64,000 bases of DNA, taken from Flavobacteriales bacterium UBA2619. GTDB taxonomy: Bacteria; Bacteroidota; Bacteroidia; Flavobacteriales_D; Sanyastnellaceae. The stretch covers positions 17,989 to 81,988 of the forward strand of contig DDJR01000048.1 in NCBI GenBank assembly GCA_002339135.1, read 5' to 3'. Below, in pieces: positions 53,505-62,620 of the stretch; position 1 is the first letter of the stretch; each line of letters begins with the position of its first letter. The notes beneath the pieces are model-generated. The model was not told the DNA's origin and made no database searches. It was given only the letters and a program-made list of their open reading frames with translations. Both the position numbers and the translations under genes were made by a program.

Positions 53505-56035
53505 TGAATAAAAAGCGAATGTTAATAGCAATTGGGTGTCTCACAGTATTCATCGCAAGCGCAATTACAATTTTAGTCATCGCAAATGAGGAGAAAATTA
53601 AACTCTTTGCGATTGAGCGCGTGAGCGACAATCTGCATGTTGAATTGAGTGTTGAAGAGGTTGAAGTTTCTGTATGGTCTGGATTTCCAAATGTGAGGGT
53701 AAACTTAAACCAAATCGTGCTGGGAGGATCCGGAAATAAAACGGTGAACTCATTGGATACGCTGCTGACCGCAGAGAAGCTGGGGGTGTCTCTGTCTCTG
53801 TGGGATGTGATTTTCTCAGACCCTGTTGTTGAGGCATTTATCCTAGAAGAAGCACATGTCCATTTAAAACAGGGAGCAAGTGGAGACTGGAACACTTCCG
53901 TGTTCAAAACACAAGACCTTGGCGATCGAAGTTTACAGGAAGATGTAAAAGTGAATTTGTATCAATTGATCGATGTCTCCATTGTTGCCCAGACAAATGA
54001 CAATAAAACCTTCAGTTTTGAGATTGAACATGCCGATATTTCGGGTGAAAGTTTCGAGGTTTCCTTTTCCAACGGCAAATCCATCGGTGATGGAATAACA
54101 GAAGAATTAATTCCGTTGCAAGGTTCGTTGTCTGGCGAGTTGCTTCTGGGTGCCGATCAAGAAATAGAACTTACAATCAGAAATGCAGAAGTCAATGGCC
54201 TTTCTCTGAGTGGAAAACTCAACTATGATCATACTGTATTGGCTGAAATTCAAATTGACGAAATCAGCGTAAATCAGCTGAAGAAAATATTCAAGAAGGA
54301 TTTTGTAGAAGGTTATTTAAGCGGTATTGTTTTCGATGGAAGTGCTAGCTTTTCTATAAAAACCGATTCTAAAAACACCTTCGTAGATTGGAAACTTCCT
54401 GAAAGTGGGATGGCTCTTTCTCCGAACATTACTGGGTTTTCGATGGTGAAAAAAGGGCGTGTCTCTGCTGAAGGCTCCTGTGAGTATTCTTCGAAGAGTC
54501 AAATTTTAGCGGTCTCTATTAGCACCTTTGAAATCGACACTAAGGGGCTTCAAGTTAACGGTGACGCAAGATGTCTCAACACAAAATCAGCAGATTGGAC
54601 CTTGAATGTCCAGTCGACACTTGATGCTGGTGCGCCATATCGAAGCTGGATCCCTGAAATTCAAAGCGCTGAATACTCGTATTTGCCTCAAGATGGTGTG
54701 TTAAAATCCTCTGCCGAATTGCGGATTTCTGCTTGGGGCAAGTTAGAAGGCTTTTCCTGTACCGTTGAATCTGATGACCTACATGGGGCTCTGAACGCCA
54801 TCCCTTATTCCATCAGGAACATGAGAGCTCATTTCGACAACAGCAAGATTCAAATTAAATCGTTTGGTTACAAATGGGGTGGGAACATTGGAGAGGTGAC
54901 AGCTGAACTATTCGGGGTAGACAAGTGGATAGATGGGGGGTCTGTGGAAGGCGATGTCGATGTAAAGGCAACACGAATGAATGTAGAGGCTATCGTTCAA
55001 TGGTGGGAGCATCAAAATGTGGTTGACACCCGACCTGAAGTCAGCCGGTTTTTGCCAGCTGGATCTGACATGTCTCTAAAAATTGTTTCCGAAAAGCTTA
55101 CATGGGACGCCCTTGAATGTGAGTCTTTTCTTACGCGTCTTCATCTCACAGAATCGAAACTGAAAATCACAAACGCCACCACAAAAACGTTGGAGGGAGA
55201 GGTCAGGGTCGAGGGGTCCTTCCGCCCCAACTTAGAAGGTTGGAGTCTGAATTTATCGGGAACTGCCGACGGACTTTCGCTGCCTAAATTATTTGATTGT
55301 TACGACAATTTTGGACAAAGCACGCTGCGTGCTCAACATCTAGGTGGTTCTGTAAGTATAGCTGGAACAAGCAAAATGGGTTGGGGAAAAGAAGGTCTCT
55401 GGTCTGCGAAATCGCTAAATGCAAGTTTAAACGTTGCGATATCTCATGGCAGTCTTGAAAATTTTGAGGTGTTCGACGATGTCGCTGATTACCTTGATGA
55501 ACACCGGTTAATCGCTCCTTTGGTGAACCCGAATGACTTAAGAAAACGTTTAAAAACGATACAGTTGGATGATGTAGAAACCCCCATTTATATATCTTCA
55601 TCTACAACTACGATTCCCAGCATACACATCCACTCTTCAGCCATGGATGTTCGGGTCGAGGGAGAGCACAGCTTTTCAGGGAAGATCGATTATACCTTGG
55701 GGTTTGCATTGAGGGATTTGCGGAAATCCCGAGAAATTGAGTTTGGAAACATTGAAGATGATGGTCTGGGAAACATGTTTTTTTTAGCCATGGACGGCAC
55801 CCTCAACGAGCCCGTGTATAGCTATGACAGATCCGCACATAAAACGCATCGGAGAGATGCCTTTAGAGATGAAGCTGTGAAAATAAAAGAATCGATTCTG
55901 AATTCTGGAGTCAACATCAAAGAAACAAAAACTGAAGAGGAGGTGAAAACATCAGCAGACACGAAGGGAAAACCAAAAAGAAAAAAGAAAACAAAATCCA
56001 GCAATCTTAACGAGATTGAGGACGATGATTTTTAG
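53504..56035 (+). CDS. AsmA-like large envelope protein with Lys-rich C-terminal tail
   Basis: N-terminal TM anchor followed by a repetitive beta-rich sequence. AsmA-like N- and C-terminal regions judged by eye. Tail KGKPKRKKKTKSS...EDDDF. Confidence 0.6.
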   Translation: MNKKRMLIAIGCLTVFIASAITILVIANEEKIKLFAIERVSDNLHVELSVEEVEVSVWSGFPNVRVNLNQIVLGGSGNKTVNSLDTLLTAEKLGVSLSLWDVIFSDPVVEAFILEEAHVHLKQGASGDWNTSVFKTQDLGDRSLQEDVKVNLYQLIDVSIVAQTNDNKTFSFEIEHADISGESFEVSFSNGKSIGDGITEELIPLQGSLSGELLLGADQEIELTIRNAEVNGLSLSGKLNYDHTVLAEIQIDEISVNQLKKIFKKDFVEGYLSGIVFDGSASFSIKTDSKNTFVDWKLPESGMALSPNITGFSMVKKGRVSAEGSCEYSSKSQILAVSISTFEIDTKGLQVNGDARCLNTKSADWTLNVQSTLDAGAPYRSWIPEIQSAEYSYLPQDGVLKSSAELRISAWGKLEGFSCTVESDDLHGALNAIPYSIRNMRAHFDNSKIQIKSFGYKWGGNIGEVTAELFGVDKWIDGGSVEGDVDVKATRMNVEAIVQWWEHQNVVDTRPEVSRFLPAGSDMSLKIVSEKLTWDALECESFLTRLHLTESKLKITNATTKTLEGEVRVEGSFRPNLEGWSLNLSGTADGLSLPKLFDCYDNFGQSTLRAQHLGGSVSIAGTSKMGWGKEGLWSAKSLNASLNVAISHGSLENFEVFDDVADYLDEHRLIAPLVNPNDLRKRLKTIQLDDVETPIYISSSTTTIPSIHIHSSAMDVRVEGEHSFSGKIDYTLGFALRDLRKSREIEFGNIEDDGLGNMFFLAMDGTLNEPVYSYDRSAHKTHRRDAFRDEAVKIKESILNSGVNIKETKTEEEVKTSADTKGKPKRKKKTKSSNLNEIEDDDF

Positions 56036-56086
56036 CGAGACCCTCATTACCAACTGTATATTTGTGATTATACAAAATGCTCATCT

Positions 56087-56665
56087 ATGAGTCGTGAAAT
56101 GCACATCAGCCTTGAAGAGCTCATTAGCCAGCTTGATAATAACGTGAGAGACCTTAAGCTCGGCAAGCTATCTGCCGAGGAGATCGTCAACATGCATGCG
56201 TTGTCTCGAACGTTGTACGAGCGAATGACTGTCTTGAGACACAAGGCTTTTGAAGCGGTTTCTGAAAATGGGTTAGAGGGTGAGAATTTCATTGCGCATG
56301 AAATCGATGAGGAAAGTGAGAAGTCTCAAACAGATTTAATTTCTTCTATCGAAGAGGTCACTGGAGCACCCCCTAAAAAAGGAAAGTTAAGGGTTAAAAG
56401 CGTCGTGGAAAGTTTACAATCGGCCCCGCTTAATTCTGTCGGTGAAGGTCTTACTATATTAGATAGGGCAAATTTCACTTCTACTCTGTTTTCTAATGAT
56501 GAAATCATCTTTAATGACATGCTCGACCTTGTGGACAAGTGCAACAACCTGAAGAGCGCTTTGTCCATTTTCAATTCGAGCATAAAAACAAGAGGGACTA
56601 ACAATGAGATTGAGGCAGCTTTAAAGGCTTTTACCAAACGAATAAATAGAAGGTTTCAATCATGA
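56087..56665 (+). CDS. Hypothetical protein
   Basis: 192-aa ORF. ATGA overlap with rsmI. No family recognised. Confidence 0.5.
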   Translation: MSREMHISLEELISQLDNNVRDLKLGKLSAEEIVNMHALSRTLYERMTVLRHKAFEAVSENGLEGENFIAHEIDEESEKSQTDLISSIEEVTGAPPKKGKLRVKSVVESLQSAPLNSVGEGLTILDRANFTSTLFSNDEIIFNDMLDLVDKCNNLKSALSIFNSSIKTRGTNNEIEAALKAFTKRINRRFQS

Positions 56666-57336
56666 ACAAAGGTGAATTGTGCGTTGTTCCAACTCCCATT
56701 GGAAACCTGAAAGACATGACTGAAAGAGCTCTTGAAGTTCTTGCCTCAGCAGATTTAATCCTTGCTGAGGATACTCGAACTACAGGAAAGCTTTTGCGAC
56801 ATTACGATATTGACAGGCCGATTCGTTCTTTCCACCTTCACAATGAGCATCGAGCTGTAGATGCAATCGTAGAACAACTCAATTCAGGTCTTACCTATGC
56901 GCTTTGTTCCGACGCCGGAACTCCAGCAATTTCTGATCCTGGGTTTCTGCTGGTTCGAGCATGCGTAGAAGCGGGCATTAATGTTAGCTGCCTTCCCGGA
57001 GCTACAGCTTTTGTCCCTGCTTTAGTTGTTTCTGGTTTACCGTGTGATCGATTTGTGTTTGAAGGTTTTTTACCACACAAAAAAGGACGTCAAAAAAGAC
57101 TGCAGGCAATTCTTGAAGGAACTCTCACCACAGTGCTCTATGAAAGTCCGCACAGGGTAATTAAGTTGCTTGAGGAGATCGTTAAATACGAATGTGGAGA
57201 CAGGCGAATTGCACTGTGTCGGGAACTCTCTAAACTTCACGAAGAGGTGGTCAGAGGAAGCGTTGACGAGGTTCTTGTGAGATTTGTGGAGAAAGCCCCA
57301 CGTGGAGAATTTGTGGTCGTATTAGAAGGTAAGTAA
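56662..57336 (+). CDS. rsmI: 16S rRNA (cytidine1402-2'-O)-methyltransferase
   Basis: LCVVPTPIGNLKDMT, AEDTRTTGKLL, SDAGTPAISDPG and YESPHR motifs. Confidence 0.92.
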   Translation: MNKGELCVVPTPIGNLKDMTERALEVLASADLILAEDTRTTGKLLRHYDIDRPIRSFHLHNEHRAVDAIVEQLNSGLTYALCSDAGTPAISDPGFLLVRACVEAGINVSCLPGATAFVPALVVSGLPCDRFVFEGFLPHKKGRQKRLQAILEGTLTTVLYESPHRVIKLLEEIVKYECGDRRIALCRELSKLHEEVVRGSVDEVLVRFVEKAPRGEFVVVLEGK

Positions 57337-57340
57337 TTCT

Positions 57341-58714
57341 TTAGAAAATCACTCTTTGAATTTCTGAGACTCTTTTAATCGCAACAATTGTAAGGCCTTT
57401 AGGAATCGGAGGGGTCTTCCCATGGCCGCTTACCAACATTCGCTTCATCCCCAATCTAGACGCTTCTGACATCCGTTCTTCCAGTCTGGCTACGGGCCTG
57501 ATTTCACCACTTAATCCAACTTCTCCCGCGAAACATGTATCGCGATCCAAAGGAAGGTCTAAACTAGAGGACAGAATCGCTGCAACAACAGCCAGGTCAT
57601 TTGCGGGATCTTTTATCTTAAGACCTCCAGCTAGATTTAGAAACACATCGAATGAACCCAACTTAAAGCCGCACCGTTTTTCTAACACAGCAAGCAACAT
57701 ATTTAACCTTCGCAAATCAAACCCGGTCCCAGACCTCTGCGGTGTCCCATAAACAGCTGTACTGACCAAGGCTTGCATTTCTATAAGCAAAGGTCTCGCT
57801 CCTTCTAAAGCAACCGAGATTGCCGATCCACTGGAGGCTTCACCTGCTTCACCTAACAAAACCTCACTTGGGTTTTCAACCGCTTTTAATCCATCTCCCA
57901 ACATCTCATAAATACCCAATTCTGAGGTGGTGCCAAATCTGTTCTTTGCTGCCCGAAGCATTCGATAAGCATGGTTGCGGTCTCCTTCAAACTGGAGCAC
58001 TACATCCACCATGTGTTCAAGTACTTTGGGACCTGCTATAGACCCTTCCTTTGTAATGTGACCTACCAAGAAAACAGGCAAAGCAAGTGCTTTTGCATGG
58101 GCTGTTATTGCCGCAACCGATTCTCTGATTTGGGAAACCGACCCTGGCGCTCCGTCAATTTCAGGTTGATCTAAAGTTTGGACTGAATCAATAAAGAGCA
58201 AAGAGAAGTCATCTTCCTTGAGAGCGCTTAAAACCAGAGGAACCCTCGTCTCCGGAAGAACCATTAAGTCTGGGGGAACCTTGCCTATCCGCATCGCTCT
58301 CATGCGGACCTGCTCCGGACTTTCTTCACCACTTACATACAGTACTTTTTTTCCAAAGCTACTCACCATCATCGCGACTTGCAGCATGAGTGTTGACTTC
58401 CCTATTCCAGGCTCTCCACCAAGAAGAATGAGAGACCCAGGAACGATTCCGCCACCAAGAACTCGATCTAACTCTATCTCTCCTGATGAAAGTCGCGTCA
58501 CTTTCTCTATGCTAACTTCAGCTAGAGGCATGACTTTAGGCCTAAAAACTCCGCCGGATTCGCCGTCAACATATCTGTGGGTTCGCTTTCCAGAATCTGA
58601 AACGGCTTCAACCACGAGCGTGTTCCATGCTTTACAACTTGGACACTTGCCTACCCATTGGGAGGTCGATGCTCCACAATCTGAACATGTATATTGCGAA
58701 CGTGCTTTTGCCAA
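57341..58714 (-). CDS. radA: DNA repair protein RadA
   Basis: N-terminal zinc ribbon CSDCG...CPSC, Walker A GGEPGIGKST, KNRFG motif and Lon-like C-terminal domain. The start codon at the conserved MAK N-terminus is TTG. Confidence 0.94.
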   Translation of the reverse strand: MAKARSQYTCSDCGASTSQWVGKCPSCKAWNTLVVEAVSDSGKRTHRYVDGESGGVFRPKVMPLAEVSIEKVTRLSSGEIELDRVLGGGIVPGSLILLGGEPGIGKSTLMLQVAMMVSSFGKKVLYVSGEESPEQVRMRAMRIGKVPPDLMVLPETRVPLVLSALKEDDFSLLFIDSVQTLDQPEIDGAPGSVSQIRESVAAITAHAKALALPVFLVGHITKEGSIAGPKVLEHMVDVVLQFEGDRNHAYRMLRAAKNRFGTTSELGIYEMLGDGLKAVENPSEVLLGEAGEASSGSAISVALEGARPLLIEMQALVSTAVYGTPQRSGTGFDLRRLNMLLAVLEKRCGFKLGSFDVFLNLAGGLKIKDPANDLAVVAAILSSSLDLPLDRDTCFAGEVGLSGEIRPVARLEERMSEASRLGMKRMLVSGHGKTPPIPKGLTIVAIKRVSEIQRVIF

Positions 58715-58738
58715 ACTTATCTTGTCTTGTAAATACTT

Positions 58739-61700
58739 TTAGCGGAAAATGTTAACCGTTCCTTGATGTTCTATGCCGTTTGGAAGAAACACCGTATACC
58801 AGTAAGTACCATCTGCAGCATCGTCACCAAACCATGCCGATTCATTCCGGTAGTCGTAATTTTCATACACAAGATTTCCCCACCTGTCAAATACACGGAC
58901 AAGCACATCTTCATAATTGTCTAGACCATCAATCTCAAATTTCTGATTGAGTACATCTGCATTCCTTGGTGTGAATACATTCGGGATAATGAGATCACAG
59001 TTGTCGACTTCGACTTCAACTTCCCAAAGCAATCCGCCTGGAGCGCAAGGATTCGCTAGGGTGCCTTGCATTGTTAGTACCTGGTCCCAACAATCCTCTG
59101 GAAACTGAAAACTCGAGAGCGTGACTGATTCATCATTTCCTAAAAAGACGTAATCATCTCCATTGCAAACCGTAGACCAAGATATGTCACTGTAAGGAGG
59201 TCCTGGTTGAAGGGCATTCAAATCAAACGTAAATGGAATTTCTGGACACATTGTGATAACGTCATCAATCTGATCTGATGACACGCCATTTACATCTGGG
59301 TTGATTGAAGGCTGCTGGCCTATGAATAGAAAAACACAATGCTCTGTGCCTCCACATCCATAAGGGTCTTGAATGTCCACACAAATTTGTGACCCATTGT
59401 AAGCCCAAATCGGGTTTCCCTCTCCGTCTAACAGCAAATTCCCTTCTGCGTCTGTAGCCTGTAAGTCCTCATCTATTGTCCAACTTATTCCAGTTGAGCC
59501 GTCGGGCCAGGTTGCTGTATACTGATCACTTGGAAGGTTTAAATCAATGGTTACTGATTCCCCTGGGTCAATGCCCAAGCCATCACAATCACTTACAACT
59601 CCGCCTGCTTCAGCGGCAAAAACACCGTCTATTTGGCTTACAATGTCTACAAATCCGCAATTTGAACTTCCCGTTGGAAAGCATTCGTTGGTAACAGTGA
59701 CGCAGTAAGATCCCGTTGCGTTTACCACAAGCTCGTCGTCGCCTTCAATGTCTCCACCGTTCCATGTCCATTCGTAATCCAGCCCGTAATTTTCATCCCC
59801 TTCAATTGGGTCTATCACAAGCGAATCGTCTTCATCACAAAGGAACATGCTCTCGATGTTAGGCTCAAACTGAGACGTAACTGAAACTTCCGCCTCATCT
59901 GAACCACAGCCGTTTTCAATTTCTACCACAATAACTGCCTCAGTGTATTCATCATAGTTGTATTGATTGTTTGTGATGTTATCTGTTCCTGGGTAAGGCC
60001 AGTTGATTGTCGCAGTTCCTGCTACGTCTGTTGTGTCTGCAATCAAGTCTAGGTCTTCTCCATCACAAAGGAAAGCCTCTGTTTCATTTAACTGAATGGT
60101 CGGTGGCAACGTTACCTCTACCTCATAACAGTATGGAATATTGCAGCTTGACTCGTAAAAGCACAGCTCATACATTCCATATTCAGTCGGAGCCCAAAGG
60201 GTGTTGTATTGGTTGTCAAACTCAAACCAAGACGAACCTGGACCTTGCGTCTCTTCCCAGACTCCTGCAGCCTCTTGTGTTGCGCACATTGCCTCTGACG
60301 CATAGATGATTCCAGGCGTCAGAGTCTCAATTAAGGTTTCGTTTTCACTGTTGCTGCAGTTAAAAACCTGAATTTGATTGAACGGATCGTTGCTTTCGTC
60401 CGCTGATATATACTCTATTTCAATGTTGTCTTCAAAAGCGATCGGAACAGAGAATGTATCAAATGTGCTGTTCGACAAAGTAAGTGAAGCAACAACTTCA
60501 CCGTTGATACTGATGTTGATGAAACTGCCTTCCCATCCTGCATTGTTTGATGTGATTAAGTAAATGTTTAAATCCCCTTCATCAGTGCTGGAGAAACCTC
60601 CTTCAAAAACAACTGTGTCAAGGCCTGTACACATTGGAGGAATCGTCAAATCTGGAATATCTGCATCTTCTCCTATGACTTGGAAAACACGTTGCCCGAA
60701 ACATCCACTTGCGTCCTCCACTTCAACTCTGTACATCCCCGGTGCAAGCCACGCCTCATCGTTGTTGGGACCCAAATCATAAATTTCACCGCCGAGATCG
60801 TTCCAGTTTTCATCCCACACAAAGCCCACGAATTCTTCATCTGGGTCAGGGACTACCTGAACGTAGGCTGTGTCATCTGAACAGATCACAAGTGGATCTG
60901 GTATCGTCGCAATTGTTGGGAGGTAATAAGGGCTTTGATCAATGAAAAATGTAAGAGCAACTGAACATCCCACGTCTAACAGACCATTTACTGTAATGTT
61001 CCCGCCAAATGGAATTGACGCTTGGTTTCCATTGACAAACTGACTGCTGAGATTCCAAGAAAAACTATCAAAATCTCCCAATGCAGTGATCATCGTCTCG
61101 GCTCCAGCGCAAATAGCCATATCCCCCTCTACCGTTAATTCTGGAAGCGCAACATCCAACACCTGAATGAACATCGTTACTGAAGTTGCTGCTGCCGGAT
61201 CGCCATCATCAGTTGCGATGATATCAATGGTGCTAACTCCTGCTGCATTTCCAACAAATTCACCAGCAATACTGGCTGTAACTCCGTTTATCACATCGAA
61301 TCCGCTAATTGTGTTTCCTGGAATGAGGTTTTGTACTACATCCAAGGTCACCGATTGACCTGGCTCTGGTCCGAGAAAGTTGATTCCTATGTCGAAAGTT
61401 TGGCCAAGACAAATGGTGATTGTATCACACCCGACATTCTCAGTGGGCACAGGAGGCAAGTTGGTGGTAGCTACGGCCGTATTTAAATCGAAAAACTTAA
61501 AATCCAACCAATTAATTCCATCATCTGCACCATCACCGATTCCATAAGGTCCGTTGTATGTGTCATCTAAAAGATTAAATCTACCGAACTGAACGTGGGG
61601 TCCATCTGACCCTGTTGACGCTTGGTCCGCTCCGGTAACACCAGGGTCTGTACCGCAACATCCGTTACCTCCGCCGATATCTCCGTGGGCCCAATTCATG

Positions 61701-62488
61701 TCTAGATAGCAGACCTGAGCGTTGTTTCCGTCACCGATAATTCCATCGTTAGGTGTAATGATAATTTGGTAGTTGTTTGTCAAATCGTCGTGGTTGTTGT
61801 AATACCCGACTTCAACATAGTTTACATAAACCGCCTCAGGGGTTACCTTATACATAATTTGACCTACAGATCTGTTGTCTGTATCCTGCCAATATCCCGT
61901 GATTTGATTGTACTCTGCCTCAGGGAAACTCGTAGGGGTCCAGTCGATAACATTTGTGCCAAAAGAGATCATACCCTTGGAGTTGATAAAAAATTCTGTG
62001 TAGATGCTGCCATATAGCTCAAAGGTCCATCCCGGAAGAACGATAGGAGCTGAAGAGCAATCGACGTCCCAACCAGCACCACCAAAATCAGCCCACACTT
62101 CTTCACCAGGCTGCAAACCTCCTAGACCTGGAGGAGGAACAAGGGTGGTGTATGTCGCATCTGGCTCAATCCAACAACCGCACTCGTTGTCCATGATTTT
62201 TGAAAGCCTTTCTACCTTAAGTTTTTCTCTTTTCGGTGCGTAAGATGCTTTAAAGTTTTGAAGTGATTCAAGATACGCCGACTCATTAAACCCATCCCAT
62301 GCCCGAACAACAACCCATTCTTCACGTGACATATTGATCACAGCGTGATTAAGCCCACCATATGAATCAATGATTTTTTCAGCGCTTTTAGGAGCTGTAA
62401 AAACTATATCACTCTGAGACAAAACAGTAGGTGAAGCGGCAACAAAAATTGAGCATATAATGAATGTGTTCTGCAGGAATCTAATCAT
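58739..62488 (-). CDS. Large secreted protein (1249 aa) with NIDO-like N-terminal module and T9SS type B (gliding motility-associated) C-terminal domain
   Basis: Signal peptide. FELYGSIYTEFFINSKGMISFG...ITGYWQDTD...NNYQIIITP. C-terminal IPNVFTPRNADVLNQKFEI...VRVFDRWGNLVYE...DGTYWY matches TIGR04131-type CTDs. Confidence 0.8.
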   Translation of the reverse strand: MIRFLQNTFIICSIFVAASPTVLSQSDIVFTAPKSAEKIIDSYGGLNHAVINMSREEWVVVRAWDGFNESAYLESLQNFKASYAPKREKLKVERLSKIMDNECGCWIEPDATYTTLVPPPGLGGLQPGEEVWADFGGAGWDVDCSSAPIVLPGWTFELYGSIYTEFFINSKGMISFGTNVIDWTPTSFPEAEYNQITGYWQDTDNRSVGQIMYKVTPEAVYVNYVEVGYYNNHDDLTNNYQIIITPNDGIIGDGNNAQVCYLDMNWAHGDIGGGNGCCGTDPGVTGADQASTGSDGPHVQFGRFNLLDDTYNGPYGIGDGADDGINWLDFKFFDLNTAVATTNLPPVPTENVGCDTITICLGQTFDIGINFLGPEPGQSVTLDVVQNLIPGNTISGFDVINGVTASIAGEFVGNAAGVSTIDIIATDDGDPAAATSVTMFIQVLDVALPELTVEGDMAICAGAETMITALGDFDSFSWNLSSQFVNGNQASIPFGGNITVNGLLDVGCSVALTFFIDQSPYYLPTIATIPDPLVICSDDTAYVQVVPDPDEEFVGFVWDENWNDLGGEIYDLGPNNDEAWLAPGMYRVEVEDASGCFGQRVFQVIGEDADIPDLTIPPMCTGLDTVVFEGGFSSTDEGDLNIYLITSNNAGWEGSFINISINGEVVASLTLSNSTFDTFSVPIAFEDNIEIEYISADESNDPFNQIQVFNCSNSENETLIETLTPGIIYASEAMCATQEAAGVWEETQGPGSSWFEFDNQYNTLWAPTEYGMYELCFYESSCNIPYCYEVEVTLPPTIQLNETEAFLCDGEDLDLIADTTDVAGTATINWPYPGTDNITNNQYNYDEYTEAVIVVEIENGCGSDEAEVSVTSQFEPNIESMFLCDEDDSLVIDPIEGDENYGLDYEWTWNGGDIEGDDELVVNATGSYCVTVTNECFPTGSSNCGFVDIVSQIDGVFAAEAGGVVSDCDGLGIDPGESVTIDLNLPSDQYTATWPDGSTGISWTIDEDLQATDAEGNLLLDGEGNPIWAYNGSQICVDIQDPYGCGGTEHCVFLFIGQQPSINPDVNGVSSDQIDDVITMCPEIPFTFDLNALQPGPPYSDISWSTVCNGDDYVFLGNDESVTLSSFQFPEDCWDQVLTMQGTLANPCAPGGLLWEVEVEVDNCDLIIPNVFTPRNADVLNQKFEIDGLDNYEDVLVRVFDRWGNLVYENYDYRNESAWFGDDAADGTYWYTVFLPNGIEHQGTVNIFR

Positions 62489-62573
62489 TGTAAATCGGGT
62501 GTTTAGCGAACGTAAATATACAACGTCTGCGGAACGTAAAAAACTATTTCGTGGATAACACCTGTTAACGACT

Positions 62574-62581
62574 TATTTTTG
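62574..62581 (+). promoter_or_regulatory. Candidate -7 promoter box TATTTTTG for lepA
   Basis: Exact TAnnTTTG match 39 nt upstream of ATG 62621. A small GCCGA-N6-TCGGC hairpin (62588-62603) lies in the putative leader. Confidence 0.35.
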
Positions 62582-62620
62582 CGCCTCGCCGAGTGTTTTC
62601 GGCACTTACAAAGGCCACAA

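Noticed and set aside
58218-58742. 174-aa ORF antisense to radA
   Set aside because: It overlaps the conserved RadA coding sequence, and the Pro/Ser/Thr-rich translation looks non-genic.
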